32,000 nucleotides of DNA, taken from positions 120,001 to 152,000 of the forward strand of contig JAFGBS010000028.1 of assembly GCA_016933055.1 (NCBI GenBank), written 5' to 3'. The notes beneath the pieces are model-generated. The model was not told where the DNA came from and searched no databases. It saw only the letters and a program-made list of their open reading frames with translations. Both the position numbers and the translations under genes were made by a program. The stretch comes from Promethearchaeota archaeon (GTDB lineage: Archaea; Asgardarchaeota; Lokiarchaeia; Sigyniarchaeales; Promethearchaeaceae). Below, piece by piece: positions 9,918 through 18,609 of the stretch; the stretch's first letter is position 1, and every line of letters starts with the position of its first letter.

Positions 9918-10430
9918 CAATGAACATGTATCCTACATCCTACATGCTATTTTAAGCTCTATCTGTTATACTATTCCATATTTGGTCTCATTCTATGGTA
10001 AAACGTTACCCAAATGTGATGACCGCAGAAATACCCATGGGGTACCTAATATACAATTTCATGGGTTATAGGCAATCCCTACGCTAAAAAAACCTTTCCC
10101 GCGCTCTTTACGGATCGGCTTTTAGCGTAGTTCGTAATATATGGGGTAGTGGGTACAAAATTGGGTAATCAACATTTATACGGGTCTATCCATCAAAAAT
10201 TGAAGTCCTTTAACAGCAAACTATCATAAAAAACCGTCAAATGTATAAACCAGAATCAATTTACGAATCTACACCACTTTAATACCCATACAGATGTAGA
10301 ATAGATCGGTCCTCGGTGCAGGAACGTGGGAGGATGTCAAAAGCCGAATACGTAGTAGAAACATGAGGCTTATTCATGTTAGTATGAATCTACAATCACC
10401 TATCATAGACAGGCAAATTGACAGAACTTC
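9918..10430 (+). repeat. Dispersed non-coding repeat, longest copy (segments A+B, about 510 bp)
   Basis: Identical blocks shared with the 18.6-18.9 kb copy: aacgttacccaaatg (10002-10016), atttcatgggttatagg (10056-10072), ttttagcgtagttcgta (10120-10136). Perfect 11-bp inverted repeat at 10079-10089/10120-10130. The 3' half matches the B copies. Confidence 0.8.
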
Positions 10431-10573
10431 TTATGATATACCCCCTATTCACCTAACGTAACATTTTTGGGTATCACGGGATAAATTTTTACTGCCCAAA
10501 AAGGAATTAAATCCATAAACATCACTTTTTCAACGAAAATAAATATTAAAAATCTGGATAAGATACACTATCC

Positions 10574-11212
10574 ATGCAAAAAGGATTAATGCATTATATT
10601 TATGGAAATGGTCCTGGAAAAACTAGGTCTTCATTTGGTATTGTTATTCGATCCATTGGACACAATCATAAACCCATTATTATTCAATTTCTCAAGCAGA
10701 GCAGTGATTACCCTGAAAATGAACGAGCTTATCTAGAACGCCTCTTAATTGATTTAAACGATCTTTTAGATAAATATAAAATAGAAAATGCACCTTCCAC
10801 ATCCTACCCAAAAGGATTTACATATGGAGAATATTTGGTATTCACAAAACTCTTGAAGGTTCCAGTTATTCAAATTGGTAAACCCACCTTTTTATTACCA
10901 CATCAAAAACCTTCTAAAGAATATTTAACAAAATTTAAATTCGGTATGGAATTAATCGAACGAATTTTAAATAGCGAAGTTTATCATTTGGTAGTATTAG
11001 ATGAGATAAATACCGCTGTAAAAAAGCAGTTGGTAGATTTAAATCAGTTAATTCATTTGTTGAGAAACCGTAGCCCACAAATTGAGGTTATATTGACAGG
11101 TAGGGAAAAAATTCCTGAATTGGTAGAGATTGCAGATTATGTTACTCAAATTGTGGAAGAGAAACATCCTTTTACAAAAGGAATACAAGCCCGAATAGGT
11201 GTTGAGTACTAA
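10574..11212 (+). CDS. cobO: Cob(I)yrinic acid a,c-diamide adenosyltransferase (CobO/BtuR/CobA type)
   Basis: YGNGPGKT P-loop variant, IIQFLK, LVVLDEIN, EVILTGR, ADYVT, KHPFTKGIQARIGVEY. Located next to B12 mutase genes. Confidence 0.85.
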   Translation: MQKGLMHYIYGNGPGKTRSSFGIVIRSIGHNHKPIIIQFLKQSSDYPENERAYLERLLIDLNDLLDKYKIENAPSTSYPKGFTYGEYLVFTKLLKVPVIQIGKPTFLLPHQKPSKEYLTKFKFGMELIERILNSEVYHLVVLDEINTAVKKQLVDLNQLIHLLRNRSPQIEVILTGREKIPELVEIADYVTQIVEEKHPFTKGIQARIGVEY

Positions 11213-11330
11213 TAATTCTCCTTCCCAAGTTTAATAAATAGATGATATCCGTTTATTAAATAAATATTAAGTAAAATAAACATCCCTTCATAAACTAATT
11301 GGCATAGAGATTTTAGTGAGGTTGAGATCT

Positions 11331-13004
11331 ATGGATGAAAATAAGGAAAAGAACATCCAAAAAGAATTGGAAAGATGGGAAAACACAACCGTCAAGAAAG
11401 TAATAGATAAATATCCATTATTTAAAAAATACTTCCGAAATCTATCAGATTATGATTCAAAAGCACTATATACCCCGTTGGATATTATGGACTTAAATTA
11501 TCTAAAAGATCTTGGATTTCCGGGTGAATATCCATTTACGCGACATGTTCAACCTACAGCATACCGTGGGAAATTATGGACAATGCGGCAATTTGCTGGT
11601 ATGGCTAGCGCTGATGAAACTAATAGACGTTTCAAATATCTAATTGAAAACGGATTAACTGGATTAAGCGTTGCATTCCATTTGCCCACAATTTATGGGT
11701 ATGAAAGTTGTGATTCTATGTCTACGGGAGAAGTGGGTAAAATCGGTGTAGCAATTGATACTGTAGAAGATATGGAAAAGTTGTTCGCTGGAATTGATCT
11801 TAGTAAAATATCCACTTCGATGACAATCAATGCTCCTGCTTCCATATTATTATCCATGTACTTAGTAGTCGGTGAAAAACAAGGCGTTCCATCTGAGAAA
11901 CTCACTGGAACCGTCCAGAATGATATCTTAAAAGAATATATTGCGCAAAAATCGTATATTTTTCCTCCGGAACCCTCGATGCGATTGATAATTGACACTA
12001 TCGAGTACTGTACTAAACATGTTCCGAAATGGAATACAATAAGCATTAGCGGTTATCATATACGTGAAGCAGGCTCCACCGCGGTTCAAGAACTCGCTTT
12101 TACTCTTGCTGACGGATTTGCCTATGTAGAAGCAGGAATTGAGCGGGGATTAGATGTTGATGCTTTTGCACCTCGTCTATCCTTTTTCTTCAATGCACAC
12201 AATGATTTTTTCGAGGAAATCGCAAAATATCGCGCAGCACGACGCATATGGGCAAAACGAATGAAAAACAAATATGGTGCAAAAAATCCGGATAGTTGGA
12301 AATTACGTTTCCATACACAAACTGCTGGAGTATCATTAACAGCGCAAGAACCCGAAAATAATATAGTAAGAGTTACCCTTCAAGCACTAGCTGCAGTGCT
12401 TGGTGGTACGCAATCCTTACATACCAATTCGTTCGATGAAGCTTTATGTTTACCTACAGAGAAAGCTGTTCGTATTGCTTTACGAACACAACAAATAATC
12501 GCTCATGAATCAGGTGCAACCAATACTATCGATCCACTCGCTGGTTCATACTATGTTGAAGCGTTAACAGATGAAATGGAAAGACAAGCCGAAGAATATT
12601 TTAAAAAAATAGAAGAATTGGGTGGAGTTATCCCGGCAATACGACAAAACTTTTTCCAGAGAGAAATTGCACGAGCTGCCTACCGATATCAGAAAGAAGT
12701 TGAAGCAAAAGAGCGTATCATTGTCGGCGTAAATAAGTATGTAACAGAAAGTGAACGCCCCGAAATTCTTTATATAGATGAGAAAGTTGAAGAAGAACAA
12801 TGTGAGAGATTAGAAAATACTAAAAAGAATCGGGATAGTGAGAAAACAACTAAAGCTCTTTCAATCTTAAAACAAAAAGCACGCACAGAAGAAAATCTTA
12901 TTCCATTTATACTGGATTGTGTACGAGCGTATGCATCTATAGGAGAGATAATTGGAGCTTTAAAAGAAGTTTGGGGTACGTATCGAGAAGATGCAATCTT
13001 TTAA
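11331..13004 (+). CDS. B12-dependent acyl-CoA mutase large subunit (methylmalonyl-CoA mutase family, isobutyryl-CoA-mutase-type specificity residues); probable ATG at 11331, ORF track start 11316
   Basis: PGEYPFTR, WTMRQFAG, GTVQNDILKEYIAQK, ISISGYHIREAG, SLHTNSFDEAL, DPLAGSYYVE. gtgaggt RBS-like sequence before 11331. Confidence 0.95.
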   Translation: MDENKEKNIQKELERWENTTVKKVIDKYPLFKKYFRNLSDYDSKALYTPLDIMDLNYLKDLGFPGEYPFTRHVQPTAYRGKLWTMRQFAGMASADETNRRFKYLIENGLTGLSVAFHLPTIYGYESCDSMSTGEVGKIGVAIDTVEDMEKLFAGIDLSKISTSMTINAPASILLSMYLVVGEKQGVPSEKLTGTVQNDILKEYIAQKSYIFPPEPSMRLIIDTIEYCTKHVPKWNTISISGYHIREAGSTAVQELAFTLADGFAYVEAGIERGLDVDAFAPRLSFFFNAHNDFFEEIAKYRAARRIWAKRMKNKYGAKNPDSWKLRFHTQTAGVSLTAQEPENNIVRVTLQALAAVLGGTQSLHTNSFDEALCLPTEKAVRIALRTQQIIAHESGATNTIDPLAGSYYVEALTDEMERQAEEYFKKIEELGGVIPAIRQNFFQREIARAAYRYQKEVEAKERIIVGVNKYVTESERPEILYIDEKVEEEQCERLENTKKNRDSEKTTKALSILKQKARTEENLIPFILDCVRAYASIGEIIGALKEVWGTYREDAIF

Positions 13005-13009
13005 GGAGG
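13005..13009 (+). promoter_or_regulatory. Shine-Dalgarno sequence for the mutase small subunit
   Basis: GGAGG lies 7 nt upstream of the ATG at 13017, immediately after the upstream stop codon. Confidence 0.6.
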
Positions 13010-13016
13010 AAAAAAT

Positions 13017-13418
13017 ATGTCAAATGAAAGAAAGATACGAGTAATTGTAGCAAAACCGGGATTAGATGGACATGACCGGGGAGCAAAAGTTGTTGCACAT
13101 GGATTAAAAGATGCAGGATTTGAAGTTATTTATACGGGACTTCATCAAACACCTGAGGATATCGTTCAAAGTGTCATTCAAGAGGATCCTGATGCATTAC
13201 TTTTATCATTACTTAGCGGAGCCCACAATAAACTCTTTACTGCAATCACTAAGCAGCTTGAAGAGCAAGGAATCGACGATGTATTAGTAATCGGAGGAGG
13301 AATAATACCAGATCAAGATATTCCTCATCTAAAAAAACATGGGGTCGAAGAAATATTCGGTCCGGGCACAGAAATTGATGAAATAGTCGAATATGTTAAG
13401 ACCCACTTAAAACGATGA
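13017..13418 (+). CDS. Acyl-CoA mutase small subunit, cobalamin-binding domain
   Basis: AKPGLDGHDRGAKVV (DxHxxG), LLSLLSGAH, GGGIIP, FGPGT. Confidence 0.95.
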   Translation: MSNERKIRVIVAKPGLDGHDRGAKVVAHGLKDAGFEVIYTGLHQTPEDIVQSVIQEDPDALLLSLLSGAHNKLFTAITKQLEEQGIDDVLVIGGGIIPDQDIPHLKKHGVEEIFGPGTEIDEIVEYVKTHLKR

Positions 13419-13434
13419 TGTTCAGGCTAAGGAT

Positions 13435-14472
13435 ATGCAAATCAACGTAACCGATTCTGAAATAGACGAACAAGTACACAAATTACGGGCAGGAGATCAA
13501 AGAGCGATTGCGAAGTTAATGACCTATGCTGAAATGAATCTATTTCTCGCTTCCCAAGTTATAAAAAAACTCTATAAATATACTGGAAATGCATACATAA
13601 TCGGCATTACGGGCGCTCCTGGGGTTGGAAAAAGTTCCTTAGTCAACCAGATGGCTGCATTCTATATTTCTGAGGGTCATAGAGTAGGGATCATTGCGGT
13701 AGATCCTACATCGCCATTTAGTGGCGGAGCCATTCTAGGTGATAGAATTCGAATGAAAAAGAGTTTTAGTCTCAAAGATGTGTTCATTCGATCTATGGCG
13801 AATCGTGGTCAAATGGGGGGTCTTGCACGGGCAACTAGGGACATGATTAAAATTTTGGATGCTGCGGGATATGAGATAATTCTCGTTGAAACTGTCGGTG
13901 TTGGACAAGATGAGATTGACATATTCAAGGCAGCTCATACATGCGTTGTCATAGTAGTTCCGGGGATGGGAGATGAAATCCAAGCAATAAAAGCGGGAAT
14001 TATGGAAATCACAGATGTATTTGTGGTGAATAAGATGGATTTATCTGGTGTAGATCGCACCATAATGGATCTAGAAACCACTCTTCAACTCACCCATAAC
14101 TCCAAACCAAAAAAACCAATTACGCCTGCTCAAGGATTATTTGTAAAGGTTAATAATTGGAAACCTCCAATTATAAAAACTAATGCAATAACGGGTGAAA
14201 ATATTCCCAAATTCATACAAAACATCCAAACACACCAAGATTTTCTTAAAAAAAATGATTTACTTCCTATAAAGAAACTAGCTGCATGCAAGAATGAAAT
14301 CATGGATATTATGAAATTCCAACTATACAAAAAAGTGGAAGATTATGTTTTCAAAAACACTGATGTGAATGATTTAATTGAAGGAATTATTGAGGGTGAT
14401 ATAGATCCCTATAGCATTTCAGAAGACATTTTAGCAAAATTTGTGAAAGAAGCAAGGATTTTAGACAAGTAA
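13435..14472 (+). CDS. meaB: MeaB/ArgK (MMAA) GTPase chaperone of B12 mutases
   Basis: GITGAPGVGKSS, AVDPTSPFSGGAILGDRIRM, FIRSMANRG, ETVGVGQDE, KAGIMEI, VVNKMD. Confidence 0.95.
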   Translation: MQINVTDSEIDEQVHKLRAGDQRAIAKLMTYAEMNLFLASQVIKKLYKYTGNAYIIGITGAPGVGKSSLVNQMAAFYISEGHRVGIIAVDPTSPFSGGAILGDRIRMKKSFSLKDVFIRSMANRGQMGGLARATRDMIKILDAAGYEIILVETVGVGQDEIDIFKAAHTCVVIVVPGMGDEIQAIKAGIMEITDVFVVNKMDLSGVDRTIMDLETTLQLTHNSKPKKPITPAQGLFVKVNNWKPPIIKTNAITGENIPKFIQNIQTHQDFLKKNDLLPIKKLAACKNEIMDIMKFQLYKKVEDYVFKNTDVNDLIEGIIEGDIDPYSISEDILAKFVKEARILDK

Positions 14473-14484
14473 TCGGGATTATTA

Positions 14485-15300
14485 ATGACTTCAGAAAAAA
14501 TCTTAAACGCAATCTCCAAAGTCATTCAGAGGGTAGAATCTGTACAAATTTACTCTAATACTTATTTTATTTTAGGGGCGGGACAGTTTGGTCGTATTGC
14601 ATTGGAATACGCTCAGAATCAGGATAGTAAGCCTACAATCTTAGTGATTGATAAAATTGATACTCCATTAGTGCATGAGTATCATAGACTTGCAGATGAA
14701 CATGAGCTCAATATTATATGGAATACCTCGAATGGTCGATTTTTTCTCCAAAAAGATGTAAAAAATCTTCCTTTCCTATTTTTATTCGGTTTTCCTGATT
14801 ATTTTATTCCTGCAATTCCCCTTCACGTACTTGCATTTCTTCTTCAAGAATTTCTTCAGTCTATTCATGCTGACATTCAAGTAAGAAATTCTATACCTCA
14901 TGACAAATGGAATATTATCTTAAATTCTATTCCCAAACAAGTCGTATTAGATGCTGATCCAAATAATGGTGTGATTCTCCTCTCATGGGTGAAAGAAGGT
15001 GAAATTTGTCCTCCTAATTGCATCGCACCAATTCGATTTTGCCCCCACCATAATCGAAAAAAACCATTTACAATCACGGAAATCGTTCGGAAAGTGTCCA
15101 TTCCTGACATTCTTAATCTTACTATTGAAAGTCACCAAGCAACAGCAGGATTAGGGATAATAAAAGGAATGGAGTTAAAGAATCTATTATTAACTTGTTT
15201 AATTCAACTCCAAAAGAAAATTGAGTCCAAGCACCATCTATTGTTTTTCGTTGCAACCACATGTAATTGTCACGGAGTTGTTAATGTTTTTTATATATGA
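14485..15300 (+). CDS. Uncharacterised protein with an N-terminal Rossmann-like motif and a Cys-rich C-terminus
   Basis: FILGAGQFG, PAIPLHV, CPPNC...CPHH, terminal TTCNCHGV. Starts 12 bp after meaB. Confidence 0.8.
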   Translation: MTSEKILNAISKVIQRVESVQIYSNTYFILGAGQFGRIALEYAQNQDSKPTILVIDKIDTPLVHEYHRLADEHELNIIWNTSNGRFFLQKDVKNLPFLFLFGFPDYFIPAIPLHVLAFLLQEFLQSIHADIQVRNSIPHDKWNIILNSIPKQVVLDADPNNGVILLSWVKEGEICPPNCIAPIRFCPHHNRKKPFTITEIVRKVSIPDILNLTIESHQATAGLGIIKGMELKNLLLTCLIQLQKKIESKHHLLFFVATTCNCHGVVNVFYI

Positions 15301-15354
15301 TTCTTATCGATGAAGCTCAATCATTCTTTCAGATTTTGTGTAGGATTTAATTAT

Positions 15355-15657
15355 TTAGCTCACTTGAACATCATGCGCGATCTGCATTAAATCGTTTATT
15401 TCTTTTAATATACGAACGATTTTGATCCCTTTAGATGTTAATTGGATCACTTTTTCTTTATCCCGATTTTCCCTGTAATGAATAAGACCCATTTTGAGTA
15501 AATCTGTTCTTGCCCGGAAAAAAGAATTATAATTTGAGCCTAGCTCCTCTAAATTCTCAAAAAATTCCGAAAGTGAACATCGATAATTCTTTACACCGTA
15601 AAGTATGTGCAAAGTTTCGCGGACTCCACGTTTTTTGTACAACTGATAAAATATCAT
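15355..15657 (-). CDS. Small winged-helix-like protein; probable ATG at 15657, ORF track start 15666
   Basis: Basic, helical, about 100 aa, with ...DLLKMGLIHY...KVIQLTSKG (wing and LTxKG motif). gaggga RBS-like sequence upstream. Confidence 0.7.
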   Translation of the reverse strand: MIFYQLYKKRGVRETLHILYGVKNYRCSLSEFFENLEELGSNYNSFFRARTDLLKMGLIHYRENRDKEKVIQLTSKGIKIVRILKEINDLMQIAHDVQVS

Positions 15658-15816
15658 ATCCCTCAATCCCTCAAATGTAAAAACAGAACCAAGATTGCGA
15701 AAAGTTCTCGCTTATATATTTCAATCGATGGATTTTTAATATTTTTGGTAAGATTTGATGAAATTTCCCGAATTTTCTAAATTTCGCTACATAAATCGAC
15801 AAAAGAAGAAATTTAG

Positions 15817-17556
15817 TTAATAAGAATTTGGTGGTAAAAATTCCTCGGGATCTGTGATAACATCAATTAATTGGACTCCTTTTTGATTATGCAATGATGA
15901 TTTAATAGCTTCATCTAATTGGCTTATAGTTTTAACTTGTTTGCCTTTAATTCCAAAAGCTTCTGCAATTTGCACGAAATTCGTATTTACACGATCTGTA
16001 TCATAATATCTTCTATTATATAGCATGGCTTGTCCAAATTTCACAAATCCAAGAGCGGAGTTATTTAATACCACGATCGTGCAATTTATCTCCTTTTGTA
16101 CTATGGTTTCCAAATCGGACAAACCACTATTCATTAGTCCCCCATCTCCGGTGAGAAGTACTAATTTTGGAGTAGGTTCACCATATGTGTCTTGAATTGC
16201 AATGCCGGTTCCTAAAAGTGCTCCTAATCCAAATCCAGTAGGACCAACTCCTCTCGGGGTTATAATCTTTCTGCCTAAACCCTTAACAGGAAAATAAGGC
16301 CCAATCCATCTAGAACTTGCACTCGCATCTGTCACTAAATAATCTTCTTCGGTAAAATATTGAGAAATGGAGTATAAAACCCTTTGTGGCTTAATAGGTT
16401 CTGAATCCATCCATTTAGCAGCATCTCTTTCCCAGTATTCCGTATGATCTTGTTTTAATTCCTCCAAATTTCTCTTTCTTTCCTTCATTAATGATTCTAA
16501 AGATTCTCTGTCTCTAGTTAATCCTTCGTCTTGTAATCGCCGGATAATCATATCTAGTGCAATTTTGGAATCCCCAACAACACCCCATGCGTTAAATGAT
16601 AATCCGATCTCTCCTGGATCTAAATCAATCTGAATTACCGGCATTTTAGAAGAGGGAATTTTGAAATTAGCAGTATCATCTTCGGTCATTCGATTACCTA
16701 TAATAATTAGCAGATCTGCAGTTCTTCGAATGAATTTATGATTGGGTTTTTCACCGAACAAACCCACTGTCCCAAAATAATAGGGATCTTCTTGCTGTAG
16801 GATGCCTTTCCCGGATATTGTAGAAAATACAGGAATTTGCAACATATCTGCCAGCTTTTTTATTTCTGTAAAAGCACCCGATGAAACTGCTTGTGATCCT
16901 GAAAAAATTGCCGGCTGTTTCGCTTCCCGAATCATTTGGACTGCATTTTCGATTTCATTCGCCGCTGGAGCAATACTGCAACCTTCGATGGCACAAGATC
17001 CTCCTTTTTTTGTAGAAATATACCTCTTTAATGGTAATTCTTTGGAATTCATAACATCTTCAGGAATAATTAAAGCAGTAGGCCCGGGTTTTCCATTTTT
17101 AGCCATTCTTATTGCGTAATTTACATAACGTGGGACTTGGTCAGGGATATAAATAGATTGACAAGTTTTTGTTATAGGTTCAATTACCCCTTGAACATCA
17201 ATATCATGTGGTACATTGCGAAGTTTGTGTTCTTTTTTAATGACTCCAATAATAGCTAAAAGTGGAGTGCCAGATCCTCTGGCTTCTGAAATTGCAACCG
17301 GAAAGTTCATGGAACCTGCAGCACCAGCATCACAAACTCCTAAACCTCCTGTTACACGACTATATGCATCCGCTGCAAAAGCTGCAGTACGTTCATCATT
17401 TACAAGTATATGGTCTATTCCATCTGTTTGTAATATTCCATCATAGAATGCAAGAGTATGACCATCTGGAATACCAAATACTTTAGAAACTCCGTAATCT
17501 TTCAGCATTCGAGTAATTCCCATTCCCACTCTGACTTTATCTTCATTTTTTTCCAT
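15817..17556 (-). CDS. Thiamine-diphosphate enzyme, acetolactate-synthase-like superfamily, substrate unknown; probable ATG at 17556
   Basis: VFGIPDG, NDERTAAFAADAYSR (catalytic Glu), central domain TISGKG, TPP motif GDGG...VVLNN. Confidence 0.9.
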   Translation of the reverse strand: MEKNEDKVRVGMGITRMLKDYGVSKVFGIPDGHTLAFYDGILQTDGIDHILVNDERTAAFAADAYSRVTGGLGVCDAGAAGSMNFPVAISEARGSGTPLLAIIGVIKKEHKLRNVPHDIDVQGVIEPITKTCQSIYIPDQVPRYVNYAIRMAKNGKPGPTALIIPEDVMNSKELPLKRYISTKKGGSCAIEGCSIAPAANEIENAVQMIREAKQPAIFSGSQAVSSGAFTEIKKLADMLQIPVFSTISGKGILQQEDPYYFGTVGLFGEKPNHKFIRRTADLLIIIGNRMTEDDTANFKIPSSKMPVIQIDLDPGEIGLSFNAWGVVGDSKIALDMIIRRLQDEGLTRDRESLESLMKERKRNLEELKQDHTEYWERDAAKWMDSEPIKPQRVLYSISQYFTEEDYLVTDASASSRWIGPYFPVKGLGRKIITPRGVGPTGFGLGALLGTGIAIQDTYGEPTPKLVLLTGDGGLMNSGLSDLETIVQKEINCTIVVLNNSALGFVKFGQAMLYNRRYYDTDRVNTNFVQIAEAFGIKGKQVKTISQLDEAIKSSLHNQKGVQLIDVITDPEEFLPPNSY

Positions 17557-17641
17557 AACTAGTTTTACTTTGGTGGCTTCAAAAATATTATTCATGGAAA
17601 TTATAATGTCAGATTTATTAGTTCGAAAACGTATCAATTAA

Positions 17642-18160
17642 ATGGTTCGAAATCGGACTAACCCAAAAGATGTGCATAATAAATTGCGTATGAATAATGA
17701 AGAAATGAAGGATCTAAGTATAGAATTGATGAAATGCTCCGAATCCGTTTTTTTAAGTACTATTAATGAGGAGGGATTTCCAAATATTCGAGCTATGAAT
17801 AATCTAAGAAGTAGTGAGCAATATGAAAATTTAAATTCTCTTTTTATAGGCCACGATGATGATTTTATGATACTTCTTAGCACGAACACTTCCTCAGAAA
17901 AAATAAAGCATATCCAAAATAATCCAAAAGTTTCAGCTTATTATAAAAAACCTGGTGTCTGGCAAGGAGTGACGTTTATTGGTGAAGCTGAATTTGTGGA
18001 GGATCCAGAAATAAAAAAAGCAATTTGGCAGGAGGGATTTAAAAAATTTTATCCCCTCGGATTCGATGATCCTGACCACACTGTGTTGAGAATATATCCG
18101 ATTAAAGCCAAAGGATGGAATAGCGTGAAACTAACCAAATTTCAATTTAATATTCGATGA
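17642..18160 (+). CDS. Pyridoxamine-5'-phosphate-oxidase-like FMN-binding split-barrel protein (start uncertain, could be a later Met)
   Basis: VFLSTINEEGFPNIRAM, STNTSSEKIKHIQNNPKVS, GFDDPDHTVLRI. Confidence 0.85.
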   Translation: MVRNRTNPKDVHNKLRMNNEEMKDLSIELMKCSESVFLSTINEEGFPNIRAMNNLRSSEQYENLNSLFIGHDDDFMILLSTNTSSEKIKHIQNNPKVSAYYKKPGVWQGVTFIGEAEFVEDPEIKKAIWQEGFKKFYPLGFDDPDHTVLRIYPIKAKGWNSVKLTKFQFNIR

Positions 18161-18597
18161 TTAAAGTACCTCAAATCTATCAAGGGGGATTTTTAATTTC
18201 TAAAATCTATCAACCCAGTAGAAAAATCACCAACTAAAACTTGAAATCAATAATATCTTTATTCCTACTGGTCATGGACGAATCCTATCTTTTTTGTGGA
18301 AAGAAGATAATATTCTAATTAAGAAAATAGTAGAAAAGATGGGATTATCGAAATCTACCGTGACATCCATCTTAGATCGATTAAAGGAAGATGGACACCT
18401 TCTTCGCAACATTTTACCTCTCTAAACGAGAGACTTATGTAGTATAAACGGAGAAAAACTAAGAGCTCCACCATATATATAAAAAAATTTCCGAGGAGAT
18501 GATAGATTAATTTTATCACATCTTTAATGAGCAAGATATTGACGATTTTGAGCAAAAATTAAGACATTTATTAAACAACACATATCCCACAACTTAA
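18157..18597 (+). pseudogene. MarR-family regulator pseudogene
   Basis: ATGA-coupled to the upstream gene. Stitched translation: QGGFLISKIYQ / GHGRILSFLWKEDNILIKKIVEKMGLSKSTVTSILDRLKEDGHLLR / SKRETYVV*TEKN*ELHHIYKKISEEMID*FYHIFNEQDIDDFEQKLRHLLNN. TAA stops at 18235, 18445, 18460 and 18508, plus two frameshifts (about 18240 and 18420). Confidence 0.8.
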
Positions 18598-18609
18598 ACG
18601 CTCAATACG

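Noticed and set aside
10430-10573. Cobalamin riboswitch upstream of cobO (actgccc at about 10491)
   Set aside because: Only one short motif matches. The other conserved riboswitch blocks and the required length and structure are absent.
18235-18510. In-frame stops in the MarR-like sequence as programmed recoding
   Set aside because: All are TAA (not Sec UGA or Pyl UAG) and are accompanied by frameshifts, which fits ordinary decay.
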